Notes under the pieces: generated by a model | The model's database searches: none | Told to the model about the DNA's origin: nothing | The model's input: only the letters and a program-made list of their open reading frames with translations | Shown: piece after piece, positions 25,534-40,783 of the stretch | How the letters are laid out: every line of letters starts with the position of its first letter | Numbering within the stretch: the stretch's first letter is position 1 | Program-made: the position numbers and the translations under genes | NCBI RefSeq assembly: GCF_009914755.1 | Contig: NC_060947.1 | Reading direction: 5' to 3' (one strand) | DNA: 64,000 nt | Source: the human T2T-CHM13v2.0 reference genome, Homo sapiens

Positions 25534-28500
25534 TATTTCAAAACTGCTCTATGAAAAGCAATGTTAAACTCTGTCGCTCGAACACAAACATCACAAAGCA
25601 GTTTCTGAGAATGCTTCAGTTTAGTTTTTCTGTGGAAATATTCCCGTTTCCAAAGAAATCTTCAAAGAGGTCCACGTATCCACTTACAGATTCTACAAAA
25701 AGACAGTTTCAAAACTGCTCCATCAAAAGGAGGGTTCAACTGTGTGACTTGAATGCAATCATCACTCAGAAGTTTCTGAGAATGCTTCTCTTTAGTTTTT
25801 ACGTGAACATATACCCGTTTCGAACGAACGCCACCCAGTGGTCCAAATATCCACTTGCAGATTCTACAGAAAGAGTGTTTCGAACCTGAACTCTCAAAGG
25901 CAGGTTCATCTCTGCGAGTTAAATGCATTCATCATGAAGAACTTTCTCAGAGTGTTTGTGTTTAGTTATGGGAAATTATTCCCGTTTCCAACGAAATCCT
26001 CAGAGAGCTCCAAATATCCACCTGCAGATTCTACCAAAAGTGTATTTGGAAACTGCTCCATCAAAAGGCATGTTCAGCTCTGTGAGTGAAACTCCATCAT
26101 CACAAAGAATATTCTGAGAATGCTTCCGTTTGCCTTTTATATGAACTTCCTTCCTGTACTACCGTAGGCCTCAAAGCAGTCCAAATCTCCATTTGCAGAT
26201 TCTACAAAAAGAGTGATTCCAATCTTCTCTATCAATAGGATTGTTCAACTCCATGAGTTGAATGCCATCCTCACAAAGTAGTTTCTGAGAATGCTTCTAT
26301 CTGGTTTTTGTGTGAAGATATTTCCTTTTCCACCACAGGCCTCAAAGCCCTCCAAACGTCCACTTGCAGATTCTCGAAAAAGAGTGTTTCATAGCTGCTC
26401 TTTCAAAAGGAAAGTTCAACTCTGGGAGTTGAATACAAACATCACAAAGTAGTTTCCGAGAATGCTTCTGTTTAGTTTTTATGTGAAGATGATCCCGTTT
26501 CCAGTGAAATCTTCAAAGAGGTCCACATATCCCCTTGCAGATTCCAAAGAAAGAGGGTTTCAAAACTGCTCCATCAGAAGGATTGTTCAACTCTGTGAGT
26601 TGAATGCAGTCATCGCAGAAAACTTTCTGAGAATGCTTCTGTCTAGGTTTGATGTGAAGATATAGACGTTTCAAACGAAGGCTACAAAGTGGTCAAAATA
26701 TACACTTGCAGATTCTACTACAAGGGTGTTGCAAACCTGAACTATCAAAGGAAGGTTCAACTCTGTGAGTTGAATACAAACATCACAAAGAATGTTCTGA
26801 GTTTGCTTCCGTTCAGTTATGGGAAGTTGATCCCGTTTCCAACGAAATCCTCAGAGAGGTCCAAATATCCCCTTGCAGATTCTACAAAACGTGTGTTTGG
26901 AAACTGCTCCATCATAAAGAATGTTCAGCTCCCTGAGTTAAACTCCATCGTCACAAAGAATTTTCTGAGAGTGCTACCGTCTGGTTTTTATATGAAGCTC
27001 TTTCCTTCACTACCACAGGCCTCAAAGCGGTCCAAATCTCCACTTGCAGATTCTACAAAAAGAGTGTTTGCAAACTGCTCTATCAAAAGGAATGTTCAAC
27101 TCTGGGAGTTGAATGCAATCATCACAGAGCAGTTTCTGAGAATGCTTCTATGTCGTTTTTAGGAGAAGATATTTCCTTTTCCAACACAGTACCCCAAGCC
27201 CGCTAAATAGCCACTTGCACATTGTAGAAAAAGTGTGTCAAAGCTGCGCTATCAAAGGGAAAGTTCAACTCTGTGAGGTGAATGCAAACATCCCAAAGAA
27301 GTTTCTGAGAATGCTTCCGTTTACCTTTTAGGTGAAGATTATCCCGTTTCCAACGAAACCTTCAAAGAGGTCCAAATATCCCCTTGCGGATCCCACAGAA
27401 AGAGTGTTTCGAAACTGCTGTTTCAAAAGGAATCTTCAACTCTGTGAGTTGAATGCAATCATCACAAAGAAGTTTCTGACAATGCTTCTCTCTCGTCTTT
27501 CTGTGAAGATAAAGGAAAAGGCTTTCAGGCCTTTTCCACCACAGGCCTGAAAGCGCTCCAAATGTCCACTTGCAGATTCTGCGAAAAGAATATTTCAAAA
27601 CTGCTCTATGAAAAGCAATGTTAAACTCTGTGGCTCGAACACAAACATCACAAAGCGGTTTCTGAGAATGCTTCAGTTTAGTTTTTCTGTGGAAATATTC
27701 CCGTTTCCAAAGAAATCTTCAAAGAGGTCCACGTATCCACTTACAGATTCTACAAAAAGACAGTTTCAAAACTGCTCCATCAAAAGGAGGGTTCAACTGT
27801 GTGACTTGAATGCAATCATCACTCAGAAGTTTCTGAGAATGCTTCTCTTTAGTTTTTACGTGAACATATACCCGTTTCGAACGAAGGCCACCCAGTGGTC
27901 CAAATATCCACTTGCAGATTCTACAGAAAGAGTGTTTCGAACCTGAACTCTCAAAGGCAGGTTCATCTCTGCGAGTTAAATGCATTCATCATGAAGAACT
28001 TTCTCAGCGTGTTTGTGTTTAGTTATGGGAAATTATTCCCTTTTCCAACGAAATCCTCAGAGAGCTCCAAATATCCACCTGCAGATTCTACCAAAAGTGT
28101 ATTTGGAAACTGCTCCATCAAAAGGCATGTTCAGCTCTGTGAGTGAAACTCCATCATCACAAAGAATATTCTGAGAATGCTTCCGTTTGCCTTTTATATG
28201 AACTTCCTTCCTGTACCACCGTAGGCCTCAAAGCAGTCCAAATCTCCATTTGCAGATTCTACAAAAAGAGTGATTCCAATCTGCTCTATCAATAGGATTG
28301 TTCAACTCCATGAGTTGAATGCCATCCTCACAAAGTCGTTGCTGAGAATGCTTCTATCTGGTTTTTGTGTGAAGATATTTCCTTTTCCACCACAGGCCTC
28401 AAAGCCCTCCAAACGTCCACTTTCAGATTCTCGAAAAAGAGTGTTTCATAGCTGCTCTTTCAAAAGGAAAGTTCAACTCTGGGAGTTGAATACAAACATC

Positions 28501-31500
28501 ACAAAGTAGTTTCCGAGAATGCTTCTGTTTAGTTTTTATGTGAAGATGATCCCGTTTCCAGTGAAATCTTCCAAGAGGTCCACATATCCCCTTGCAGATT
28601 CCAAAGAAAGAGGGTTTCAAAACTGCTCCATCAGAAGGATTGTTCAACTCTGTGAGTTGAATGCAGTCATCGCAGAAAACTTTCTGAGAATGCTTCTGTC
28701 TAGGTTTGATGTGAAGATATAGACGTTTCAAACGAAGGCTACAAAGTGGTCAAAATATACACTTGCAGATTCTACTACAAGGGTGTTGCAAACCTGAACT
28801 ATCAAAGGAAGGTTCAACTCTGTGAGTTGAATACAAACATCACAAAGAATGTTCTGAGTTTGCTTCCGTTCAGTTATGGGAAGTTGATCCCGTTTCCAAC
28901 GAAATCCTCAGAGAGGTCCAAATATCCCCTCGCAGATTCTACAAAACGTGTGTTTGGAAACTGCTCCATCATAACGAATGTTCAGCTCCCTGAGTTAAAC
29001 TCCATCGTCACAAAGAATTTTCTGAGAGTGCTACCGTCTGGTTTTTATATGAAGTTCTTTCCTTCACTATCACAGGCCTCAAAGCGGTCCAAATCTCCAC
29101 TTGCAGATTCTACAAAAAGAGTGTTTGCAAACTGCTCTATCAAAAGGAATGTTCAACTCTGGGAGTTGAATGCAATCATCACAGAGCAGTTTCTGAGAAT
29201 GCTTCTATGTCGTTTTTAGGAGAAGATATTTCCTTTTCCAACACAGTCCTCCAAGCCCGCTAAATAGCCACTTGCACATTGTAGAAAAAGTGTGTCAAAG
29301 CTGCGCTATCAAAGGGAAAGTTCAACTCTGTGAGGTGAATGCAAACATCCCAAAGAAGTTTCTGAGAATGCTTCCGTTTACCTTTTAGGTGAAGATTATC
29401 CCGTTTCCAACGAAACCTTCAAAGAGGTCCAAATATCCCCTTGCGGATCCCACAGAAAGAGTGTTTCGAAACTGCTGTTTCAAAAGGAATCTTCAACTCT
29501 GTGAGTTGAATGCAATCATCACAAAGAAGTTTCTGACAATGCTTCTCTCTCGTCTTTCTGTGAAGATAAAGGAAAAGGCTTTCAGGCCTTTTCCACCACA
29601 GGCCTGAAAGCGCTCCAAATGTCCACTTGCAGATTCTGCCAAAAGAATATTTCAAAACTGCTCTATGAAAAGCAATGTTAAACTCTGTCGCTCGAACACA
29701 AACATCACAAAGCAGTTTCTGAGAATGCTTCAGTTTAGTTTTTCTGTGGAAATATTCCCGTTTCCAAAGAAATCTTCAAAGAGGTCCACGTATCCACTTA
29801 CAGATTCTACAAAAAGACAGTTTCAAAACTGCTCCATCAAAAGGAGGGTTCAACTGTGTGACTTGAATGCAATCATCACTCAGAAGTTTCTGAGAATGCT
29901 TCTCTTTAGTTTTTACGTGAACATATACCCGTTTCGAACGAACGCCACCCAGTGGTCCAAATATCCACTTGCAGATTCTACAGAAAGAGTGTTTCGAACC
30001 TGAACTCTCAAAGGCAGGTTCATCTCTGCGAGTTAAATGCATTCATCATGAAGAACTTTCTCAGAGTGTTTGTGTTTAGTTATGGGAAATTATTCCCGTT
30101 TCCAACGAAATCCTCAGAGAGCTCCAAATATCCACCTGCAGATTCTACCAAAAGTGTATTTGGAAACTGCTCCATCAAAAGGCATGTTCAGCTCTGTGAG
30201 TGAAACTCCATCATCACAAAGAATATTCTGAGAATGCTTCCGTTTGCCTTTTATATGAACTTCCTTCCTGTACTACCGTAGGCCTCAAAGCAGTCCAAAT
30301 CTCCATTTGCAGATTCTACAAAAAGAGTGATTCCAATCTTCTCTATCAATAGGATTGTTCAACTCCATGAGTTGAATGCCATCCTCACAAAGTAGTTTCT
30401 GAGAATGCTTCTATCTGGTTTTTGTGTGAAGATATTTCCTTTTCCACCACAGGCCTCAAAGCCCTCCAAACGTCCACTTGCAGATTCTCGAAAAAGAGTG
30501 TTTCATAGCTGCTCTTTCAAAAGGAAAGTTCAACTCTGGGAGTTGAATACAAACATCACAAAGTAGTTTCCGAGAATGCTTCTGTTTAGTTTTTATGTGA
30601 AGATGATCCCGTTTCCAGTGAAATCTTCAAAGAGGTCCACATATCCCCTTGCAGATTCCAAAGAAAGAGGGTTTCAAAACTGCTCCATCAGAAGGATTGT
30701 TCAACTCTGTGAGTTGAATGCAGTCATCGCAGAAAACTTTCTGAGAATGCTTCTGTCTAGGTTTGATGTGAAGATATAGACGTTTCAAACGAAGGCTACA
30801 AAGTGGTCAAAATATACACTTGCAGATTCTACTACAAGGGTGTTGCAAACCTGAACTATCAAAGGAAGGTTCAACTCTGTGAGTTGAATACAAACATCAC
30901 AAAGAATGTTCTGAGTTTGCTTCCGTTCAGTTATGGGAAGTTGATCCCGTTTCCAACGAAATCCTCAGAGAGGTCCAAATATCCCCTTGCAGATTCTACA
31001 AAACGTGTGTTTGGAAACTGCTCCATCATAAAGAATGTTCAGCTCCCTGAGTTAAACTCCATCGTCACAAAGAATTTTCTGAGAGTGCTACCGTCTGGTT
31101 TTTATATGAAGCTCTTTCCTTCACTACCACAGGCCTCAAAGCGGTCCAAATCTCCACTTGCAGATTCTACAAAAAGAGTGTTTGCAAACTGCTCTATCAA
31201 AAGGAATGTTCAACTCTGGGAGTTGAATGCAATCATCACAGAGCAGTTTCTGAGAATGCTTCTATGTCGTTTTTAGGAGAAGATATTTCCTTTTCCAACA
31301 CAGTACCCCAAGCCCGCTAAATAGCCACTTGCACATTGTAGAAAAAGTGTGTCAAAGCTGCGCTATCAAAGGGAAAGTTCAACTCTGTGAGGTGAATGCA
31401 AACATCCCAAAGAAGTTTCTGAGAATGCTTCCGTTTACCTTTTAGGTGAAGATTATCCCGTTTCCAACGAAACCTTCAAAGAGGTCCAAATATCCCCTTG

Positions 31501-34500
31501 CGGATCCCACAGAAAGAGTGTTTCGAAACTGCTGTTTCAAAAGGAATCTTCAACTCTGTGAGTTGAATGCAATCATCACAAAGAAGTTTCTGACAATGCT
31601 TCTCTCTCGTCTTTCTGTGAAGATAAAGGAAAAGGCTTTCAGGCCTTTTCCACCACAGGCCTGAAAGCGCTCCAAATGTCCACTTGCAGATTCTGCGAAA
31701 AGAATATTTCAAAACTGCTCTATGAAAAGCAATGTTAAACTCTGTGGCTCGAACACAAACATCACAAAGCGGTTTCTGAGAATGCTTCAGTTTAGTTTTT
31801 CTGTGGAAATATTCCCGTTTCCAAAGAAATCTTCAAAGAGGTCCACGTATCCACTTACAGATTCTACAAAAAGACAGTTTCAAAACTGCTCCATCAAAAG
31901 GAGGGTTCAACTGTGTGACTTGAATGCAATCATCACTCAGAAGTTTCTGAGAATGCTTCTCTTTAGTTTTTACGTGAACATATACCCGTTTCGAACGAAG
32001 GCCACCCAGTGGTCCAAATATCCACTTGCAGATTCTACAGAAAGAGTGTTTCGAACCTGAACTCTCACAGGCAGGTTCATCTCTGCGAGTTAAATGCATT
32101 CATCATGAAGAACTTTCTCAGCGTGTTTGTGTTTAGTTATGGGAAATTATTCCCTTTTCCAACGAAATCCTCAGAGAGCTCCAAATATCCACCTGCAGAT
32201 TCTACCAAAAGTGTATTTGGAAACTGCTCCATCAAAAGGCATGTTCAGCTCTGTGAGTGAAACTCCATCATCACAAAGAATATTCTGAGAATGCTTCCGT
32301 TTGCCTTTTATATGAACTTCCTTCCTGTACCACCGTAGGCCTCAAAGCAGTCCAAATCTCCATTTGCAGATTCTACAAAAAGAGTGATTCCAATCTGCTC
32401 TATCAATAGGATTGTTCAACTCCATGAGTTGAATGCCATCCTCACAAAGTCGTTGCTGAGAATGCTTCTATCTGGTTTTTGTGTGAAGATATTTCCTTTT
32501 CCACCACAGGCCTCAAAGCCCTCCAAACGTCCACTTTCAGATTCTCGAAAAAGAGTGTTTCATAGCTGCTCTTTCAAAAGGAAAGTTCAACTCTGGGAGT
32601 TGAATACAAACATCACAAAGTAGTTTCCGAGAATGCTTCTGTTTAGTTTTTATGTGAAGATGATCCCGTTTCCAGTGAAATCTTCCAAGAGGTCCACATA
32701 TCCCCTTGCAGATTCCAAAGAAAGAGGGTTTCAAAACTGCTCCATCAGAAGGATTGTTCAACTCTGTGAGTTGAATGCAGTCATCGCAGAAAACTTTCTG
32801 AGAATGCTTCTGTCTAGGTTTGATGTGAAGATATAGACGTTTCAAACGAAGGCTACAAAGTGGTCAAAATATACACTTGCAGATTCTACTACAAGGGTGT
32901 TGCAAACCTGAACTATCAAAGGAAGGTTCAACTCTGTGAGTTGAATACAAACATCACAAAGAATGTTCTGAGTTTGCTTCCGTTCAGTTATGGGAAGTTG
33001 ATCCCGTTTCCAACGAAATCCTCAGAGAGGTCCAAATATCCCCTCGCAGATTCTACAAAACGTGTGTTTGGAAACTGCTCCATCATAACGAATGTTCAGC
33101 TCCCTGAGTTAAACTCCATCGTCACAAAGAATTTTCTGAGAGTGCTACCGTCTGGTTTTTATATGAAGTTCTTTCCTTCACTATCACAGGCCTCAAAGCG
33201 GTCCAAATCTCCACTTGCAGATTCTACAAAAAGAGTGTTTGCAAACTGCTCTATCAAAAGGAATGTTCAACTCTGGGAGTTGAATGCAATCATCACAGAG
33301 CAGTTTCTGAGAATGCTTCTATGTCGTTTTTAGGAGAAGATATTTCCTTTTCCAACACAGTCCTCCAAGCCCGCTAAATAGCCACTTGCACATTGTAGAA
33401 AAAGTGTGTCAAAGCTGCGCTATCAAAGGGAAAGTTCAACTCTGTGAGGTGAATGCAAACATCCCAAAGAAGTTTCTGAGAATGCTTCCGTTTACCTTTT
33501 AGGTGAAGATTATCCCGTTTCCAACGAAACCTTCAAAGAGGTCCAAATATCCCCTTGCGGATCCCACAGAAAGAGTGTTTCGAAACTGCTGTTTCAAAAG
33601 GAATCTTCAACTCTGTGAGTTGAATGCAATCATCACAAAGAAGTTTCTGACAATGCTTCTCTCTCGTCTTTCTGTGAAGATAAAGGAAAAGGCTTTCAGG
33701 CCTTTTCCACCACAGGCCTGAAAGCGCTCCAAATGTCCACTTGCAGATTCTGCCAAAAGAATATTGCAAAACTGCTCTATGAAAAGCAATGTTAAACTCT
33801 GTGGCTCGAACACAAACATCACAAAGCAGTTTCTGAGAATGCTTCAGTTTAGTTTTTCTGTGGAAATATTCCCGTTTCCAAAGAAATCTTCAAAGAGGTC
33901 CACGTATCCACTTACAGATTCTACAAAAAGACAGTTTCAAAACTGCTCCATCAAAAGGAGGGTTCAACTGTGTGACTTGAATGCAATCATCACTCAGAAG
34001 TTTCTGAGAATGCTTCTCTTTAGTTTTTACGTGAACATATACCCGTTTCGAACGAAGGCCACCCAGTGGTCCAAATATCCACTTGCAGATTCTACAGAAA
34101 GAGTGTTTCGAACCTGAACTCTCAAAGGCAGGTTCATCTCTGCGAGTTAAATGCATTCATCATGAAGAACTTTCTCAGAGTGTTTGTGTTTAGTTATGGG
34201 AAATTATTCCCGTTTCCAACGAAATCCTCAGAGAGCTCCAAATATCCACCTGCAGATTCTACCAAAAGTGTATTTGGAAACTGCTCCATCAAAAGGCATG
34301 TTCAGCTCTGTGAGTGAAACTCCATCATCACAAAGAATATTCTGAGAATGCTTCCGTTTGCCTTTTATATGAACTTCCTTCCTGTACCACCGTAGGCCTC
34401 AAAGCAGTCCAAATCTCCATTTGCAGATTCTACAAAAAGAGTGATTCCAATCTGCTCTATCAATAGGATTGTTCAACTCCATGAGTTGAATGCCATCCTC

Positions 34501-37500
34501 ACAAAGTCGTTGCTGAGAATGCTTCTATCTGGTTTTTGTGTGAAGATATTTCCTTTTCCACCACAGGCCTCAAAGCCCTCCAAACGTCCACTTGCAGATT
34601 CTCGAAAAGGAGTGTTTCATAGCTGCTCTTTCAAAAGGAAAGTTCAACTCTGGGAGTTGAATACAAACATCACAAAGTAGTTTCCGAGAATGCTTCTGTT
34701 TAGTTTTTATGTGAAGATGATCCCGTTTCCAGTGAAATCTTCCAAGAGGTCCACATATCCCCTTGCAGATTCCAAAGAAAGAGGGTTTCAAAACTGCTCC
34801 ATCAGAAGGATTGTTCAACTCTGTGAGTTGAATGCAGTCATCGCCGAAAACTTTCTGAGAATGCTTCTGTCTAGGTTTGATGTGAAGATATAGACGTTTC
34901 AAACGAAGGCTACAAAGTGGTCAAAATATACACTTGCAGATTCTACTACAAGGGTGTTGCAAACCTGAACTATCAAAGGAAGGTTCAACTCTGTGAGTTG
35001 AATACAAACATCACAAAGAATGTTCTGAGTTTGCTTCCGTTCAGTTATGGGAAGTTGATCCCGTTTCCAACGAAATCCTCAGAGAGGTCCAAATATCCCC
35101 TTGCAGATTCTACAAAACGTGTGTTTGGAAACTGCTCCATCATAACGAATGTTCAGCTCCCTGAGTTAAACTCCATCGTCACAAAGAATTTTCTGAGAGT
35201 GCTACCGTCTGGTTTTTATATGAAGCTCTTTCCTTCACTACCACAGGCCTCAAAGCGGTCCAAATCTCCACTTGCAGATTCTACAAAAAGAGTGTTTGCA
35301 AACTGCTCTATCAAAAGGAATGTTCAACTCTGGGAGTTGAATGCAATCATCACAGAGCAGTTTCTGAGAATGCTTCTATGTCGTTTTTAGGAGAAGATAT
35401 TTCCTTTTCCAACACAGTCCCCCAAGCCCGCTAAATAGCCACTTGCACATTGTAGAAAAAGTGTGTCAAAGCTGCGCTATCAAAGGGAAAGTTCAACTCT
35501 GTGAGGTGAATGCAAACATCCCAAAGAAGTTTCTGAGAATGCTTCCGTTTAGCTTTTAGGTGAAGATTATCCCGTTTCCAACGAAAGCTTCAAAGAGGTC
35601 CAAATATCCCCTTGCGGATCCCACAGAAAGAGTGTTTCGAAACTGCTGTTTCAAAAGGAATCTTCAACTCTGTGAGTTGAATGCAATCATCACAAAGAAG
35701 TTTCTGACAATGCTTCTCTCTCGTCTTTCTGTGAAGATAAAGGAAAAGGCTTTCAGGCCTTTTCCACCACAGGCCTGAAAGCGCTCCAAATGTCCACTTG
35801 CAGATTCTGCGAAAAGAATATTTCAAAACTGCTGTATGAAAAGCAATGTTAAACTCTGTGGCTCGAACACAAACATCACAAAGCAGTTTCTGAGAATGCT
35901 TCAGTTTAGTTTTTCTGTGGAAATATTCCCGTTTCCAAAGAAATCTTCAAAGAGGTCCACGTATCCACTTACAGATTCTACAAAAAGACAGTTTCAAAAC
36001 TGCTCCATCAAAAGGAGGGTTCAACTGTGTGACTTGAATGCAATCATCACTCAGAAGTTTCTGAGAATGCTTCTCTTTAGTTTTTACGTGAACATATACC
36101 CGTTTCGAACGAAGGCCACCCAGTGGTCCAAATATCCACTTGCAGATTCTACAGAAAGAGTGTTTCGAACATGAACTCTCAAAGGCAGGTTCATCTCTGC
36201 GAGTTAAATGCATTCATCATGAAGAACTTTCTCAGAGTGTTTGTGTTTAGTTATGGGAAATTATTCCTGTTTCCAACGAAATCCTCAGAGAGCTCCAAAT
36301 ATCCACCTGCAGATTCTACCAAAAGTGTATTTGGAAACTGCTCCATCAAAAGGCATGTTCAGCTCTGTGAGTGAAACTCCATCATCACAAAGAATATTCT
36401 GAGAATGCTTCCGTTTGCCTTTTATATGAAGTTCCTTCCTGTACTACCGTAGGCCTCAAAGCAGTCCAAATCTCCATTTGCAGATTCTACAAAAAGAGTG
36501 ATTCCAATCTGCTCTATCAATAGGATTGTTCAACTCCATGAGTTGAATGCCATCCTCACAAAGTCGTTTCTGAGAATGCTTCTATCTGGTTTTTGTGTGA
36601 AGATATTTCCTTTTCCACCACAGGCCTCAAAGCCCTCCAAACGTCCACTTTCAGATTCTCGAAAAAGAGTGTTTCATAGCTGCTCTTTCAAAAGGAAAGT
36701 TCAACTCTGGGAGTTGAATACAAACATCACAAAGTAGTTTCCGAGAATGCTTCTGTTTAGTTTTTATGTGAAGATGATCCCGTTTCCAGTGAAATCTTCA
36801 AAGAGGTCCACATATCCCCTTGCAGATTCCAAAGAAAGAGGGTTTCAAAACTGCTCCATCAGAAGGATTGTTCAACTCTGTGAGTTGAATGCAGTCATCG
36901 CAGAAAACTTTCTGAGAATGCTTCTGTCTATGTTTGATGTGAAGATATAGACGTTTCAAACGAAGGCTACAAAGTGGTCAAAATATACACTTGCAGATTC
37001 TACTACAAGGGTGTTGCAAACCTGAACTATCAAAGGAAGGTTCAACTCTGTGAGTTGAATACAAACATCACAAAGAATGTTCTGAGTTTGCTTCCGTTCA
37101 GTTATGGGAAGTTGATCCCGTTTCCAACGAAATCCTCAGAGAGGTCCAAATATCCCCTTGCAGATTCTACAAAACGTGTGTTTGGAAACTGCTCCATCAT
37201 AACGAATGTTCAGCTCCCTGAGTTAAACTCCATCGTCACAAAGAATTTTCTGAGAGTGCTACCGTCTGGTTTTTATATGAAGCTCTTTCCTTCACTACCA
37301 CAGGCCTCAAAGCGGTCCAAATCTCCACTTGCAGATTCTACAAAAAGAGTGTTTGCAAACTGCTCTATCAAAAGGAATGTTCAACTCTGGGAGTTGAATG
37401 CAATCATCACAGAGCAGTTTCTGAGAATGCTTCTATGTCGTTTTTAGGAGAAGATATTTCCTTTTCCAACACAGTACCCCAAGCCCGCTAAATAGCCACT

Positions 37501-37875
37501 TGCACATTGTAGAAAAAGTGTGTCAAAGCTGCGCTATCAAAGGGAAAGTTCAACTCTGTGAGGTGAATGCAAACATCCCAAAGAAGTTTCTGAGAATGCT
37601 TCCGTTTAGCTTTTAGGTGAAGATTATCCCGTTTCCAACGAAACCTTCAAAGAGGTCCAAATATCCCCTTGCGGATCCCACAGAAAGAGTGTTTCGAAAC
37701 TGCTGTTTCAAAAGGAATCTTCAACTCTGTGAGTTGAATGCAATCATCACAAAGAAGTTTCTGACAATGCTTCTCTCTCGTCTTTCTGTGAAGATAAAGG
37801 AAAAGGCTTTCAGGCCTTTTCCACCACAGTCCTGAAAGCGCTCCAAATGTCCACTTGCAGATTCTGCGAAAAGAA
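25534..37875 (-). repeat. Six canonical 12-mers (U13-U18)
   Basis: 2057-bp period throughout. Confidence 0.95.
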
Positions 37876-40783
37876 TATTTCAAAACTGCTCTATGAAAAG
37901 CAATGTTAAACTCTGTGGCTCGAACACAAACATCACAAAGCGGTTTCTGAGAATGCTTCAGTTTAGTTTTTCTGTGGAAATATTCCCGTTTCCAAAGAAA
38001 TCTTCAAAGAGGTCCACGTATCCACTTACAGATTCTACAAAAAGACAGTTTCAAAACTGCTCCATCAAAAGGAGGGTTCAACTGTGTGACTTGAATGCAA
38101 TCATCACTCAGAAGTTTCTGAGAATGCTTCTCTTTAGTTTTTACGTGAACATATACCCGTTTCGAACGAAGGCCACCCAGTGGTCCAAATATCCACTTGC
38201 AGATTCTACAGAAAGAGTGTTTCGAACCTGAACTCTCAAAGGCAGGTTCATCTCTGCGAGTTAAATGCATTCATCATGAAGAACTTTCTCAGAGTGTTTG
38301 TGTTTAGTTATGGGAAATTATTCCCGTTTCCAACGAAATCCTCAGAGAGCTCCAAATATCCACCTGCAGATTCTACCAAAAGTGTATTTGGAAACTGCTC
38401 CATCAACAGGCATGTTCAGCTCTGTGAGTGAAACTCCATCATCACAAAGAATATTCTGAGAATGCTTCCGTTTGCCTTTTATATGAAGTTCCTTCCTATA
38501 CGACCGTAGGCCTCAAAGCAGTCCAAATCTCCATTTGCAGATTCTACAAAAAGAGTGATTCCAATCTGCTCTATCAATAGGATTGTTCAACTCCATGAGT
38601 TGAATGCCATCCTCACAATGTCGTTTCTGAGAATGCTTCTATCTAGTTTTTATGTGAAGATATTTCCTTTTCCACCACAGGCCTCAAAGCCCTCCAAACG
38701 TCCACTTGCAGATTCTCGAAAAAGAGTGTTTCATAGCTGCTCTTTCAAAAGGAAAGTTCAACTCAGGGAGTTGAATACAAACATCACAAAGTAGTTTCCG
38801 AGAATGCTTCTGTTTAGTTTTTATGTGAAGATGATCCCGTTTCCAGTGAAATCTTCAAAGAGGTCCACATATCCCCTTGCAGATTCCAAAGAAAGAGGGT
38901 TTCAAAACTGCTCCATCAGAAGGATTGTTCAACTCTGTGAGTTGAATGCAGTCATCGCAGAAAACTTTCTGAGAATGCTTCTGTCTAGGTTTGATGTTAA
39001 GATATAGACGTTTCAAACGAAGGCTACAAAGTGGTCAAAATATACACTTGCAGATTCTACTACAAGGGTGTTACAAACCTGAACTATCAAAGGAAGGTTC
39101 AACTCTGTGAGTTGAATACAAACATCACAAAGAATGTTCTGAGTTTGCTTCCGTTCAGTTATGGGAATTTGATCCCGTTTCCAACGAAATCCCCAGAGAG
39201 GTCTAAATATCCCCTTGCAGATTCTACAAAACGTGTGTTTGGAAACTGCTCCATCATAACGAATGTTCAGCTCCCTGAGTTAAACTCCATCGTCACAAAG
39301 AATTTTCTGAGAGTGCTACCGTCTGGTTTTTATATGAAGTTCTTTCCTTCACTACCACAGGCCTCAAAGCGGTCCAAATCTCCACTTGCAGATTCTACAA
39401 AAAGAGTGATTCCAATCTGCTCTATCAATAGGATTGTTCAACTCCATGGGTTGAATGCCATCCTCACAAATTAGTTTCTGAGAATGCTTCTATCTGGTTT
39501 TTGTGTGAAGATATTTCCTTTTCCACCACAGGCCTCAAAGCCCTCCAAACGTCCACTTGCAGATTCTCGAAAAAGAGTGTTTCATAGCTGCTCTTTCAAA
39601 AGGAAAGTTCAACTCTGGGAGTTGAATACAAACATCACAAAATAGTTTCTGAGAATGCTTCTGTTTAGTTTTTATATGAAGATGATCCCGTTTCCAGTGA
39701 AATCTTCAAAGAGGTCCACATATCCCCTTGCAGATTCCAAAGAAAGAGGGTTTCAAAACTGCTCCATCAGAAGGATTGTTCAACTCTGTGAGTTGAATGC
39801 AGTCATCGCAGAAAACTTTCTGAGAATGCTTCTGTCTAGGTTTGATGTGAAGATATAGACGTTTCAAACGAAGGCTACAAAGTGGTCAAAATATACACTT
39901 GCAGATTCTACTACAAGGGTGTTGCAAACCTGAACTATCAAAGGAAGGTTCAGCTCTGTGAGTTGAATACAAACATCACAAAGAATGTTCTGAGTTTGCT
40001 TCCGTTCAGTTATGGGAAGTTGATCCCGTTTCCAACGAAATCCTCAGAGAGGTCCAAATATCCCCTCGCAGATTCTACAAAACGTGTGTTTGGAAACTGC
40101 TCCATCATAACGAATGTTCAGCTCCCTGAGTTAAACTCCATCGTCACAAAGAATTTTCTGAGAGTGCTACCGTCTGGTTTTTATATGAAGTTCTTTCCTT
40201 CACTACCACAGGCCTCAAAGCGGTCCAAATCTCCACTTGCAGATTCTACAAAAAGAGTGTTTGCAAACTGCTCTATCAAAAGGAATGTTCAACTCTGGGA
40301 GTTGAATGCAATCATCACAGAGCAGTTTCTGAGAATGCTTCTATGTCGTTTTTAGGAGAAGATATTTCCTTTTCCAACACAGTCCTCCAAGCCCGCTAAA
40401 TAGCCACTTGCACATTGTAGAAAAAGTGTGTCAAAGCTGCGCTATCAAAGGGAAAGTTCAACTCTGTGAGGTGAATGCAAACATCCCAAAGAAGTTTCTG
40501 AGAATGCTTCCGTTTAGCTTTTAGGTGAAGATTATCCCGTTTCCAACGAAACCTTCAAAGAGGTCCAAATATCCCCTTGCGGATCCCACAGAAAGAGTGT
40601 TTCGAAACTGCTGTTTCAAAAGGAATCTTCAACTCTGTGAGTTGAATGCAATCATCACAAAGAAGTTTCTGACAATGCTTCTCTCTCGTCTTTCTGTGAA
40701 GATAAAGGAAAAGGCTTTCAGGCCTTTTCCACCACAGGCCTGAAAGCGCTCCAAATGTCCACTTGCAGATTCTGCCAAAAGAA
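37876..40783 (-). repeat. 17-mer HOR variant (2908 bp), U19
   Basis: Spacing 37893 to 40801 is 2908. The same hybrid junction lies at 39386-39408. Confidence 0.95.
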
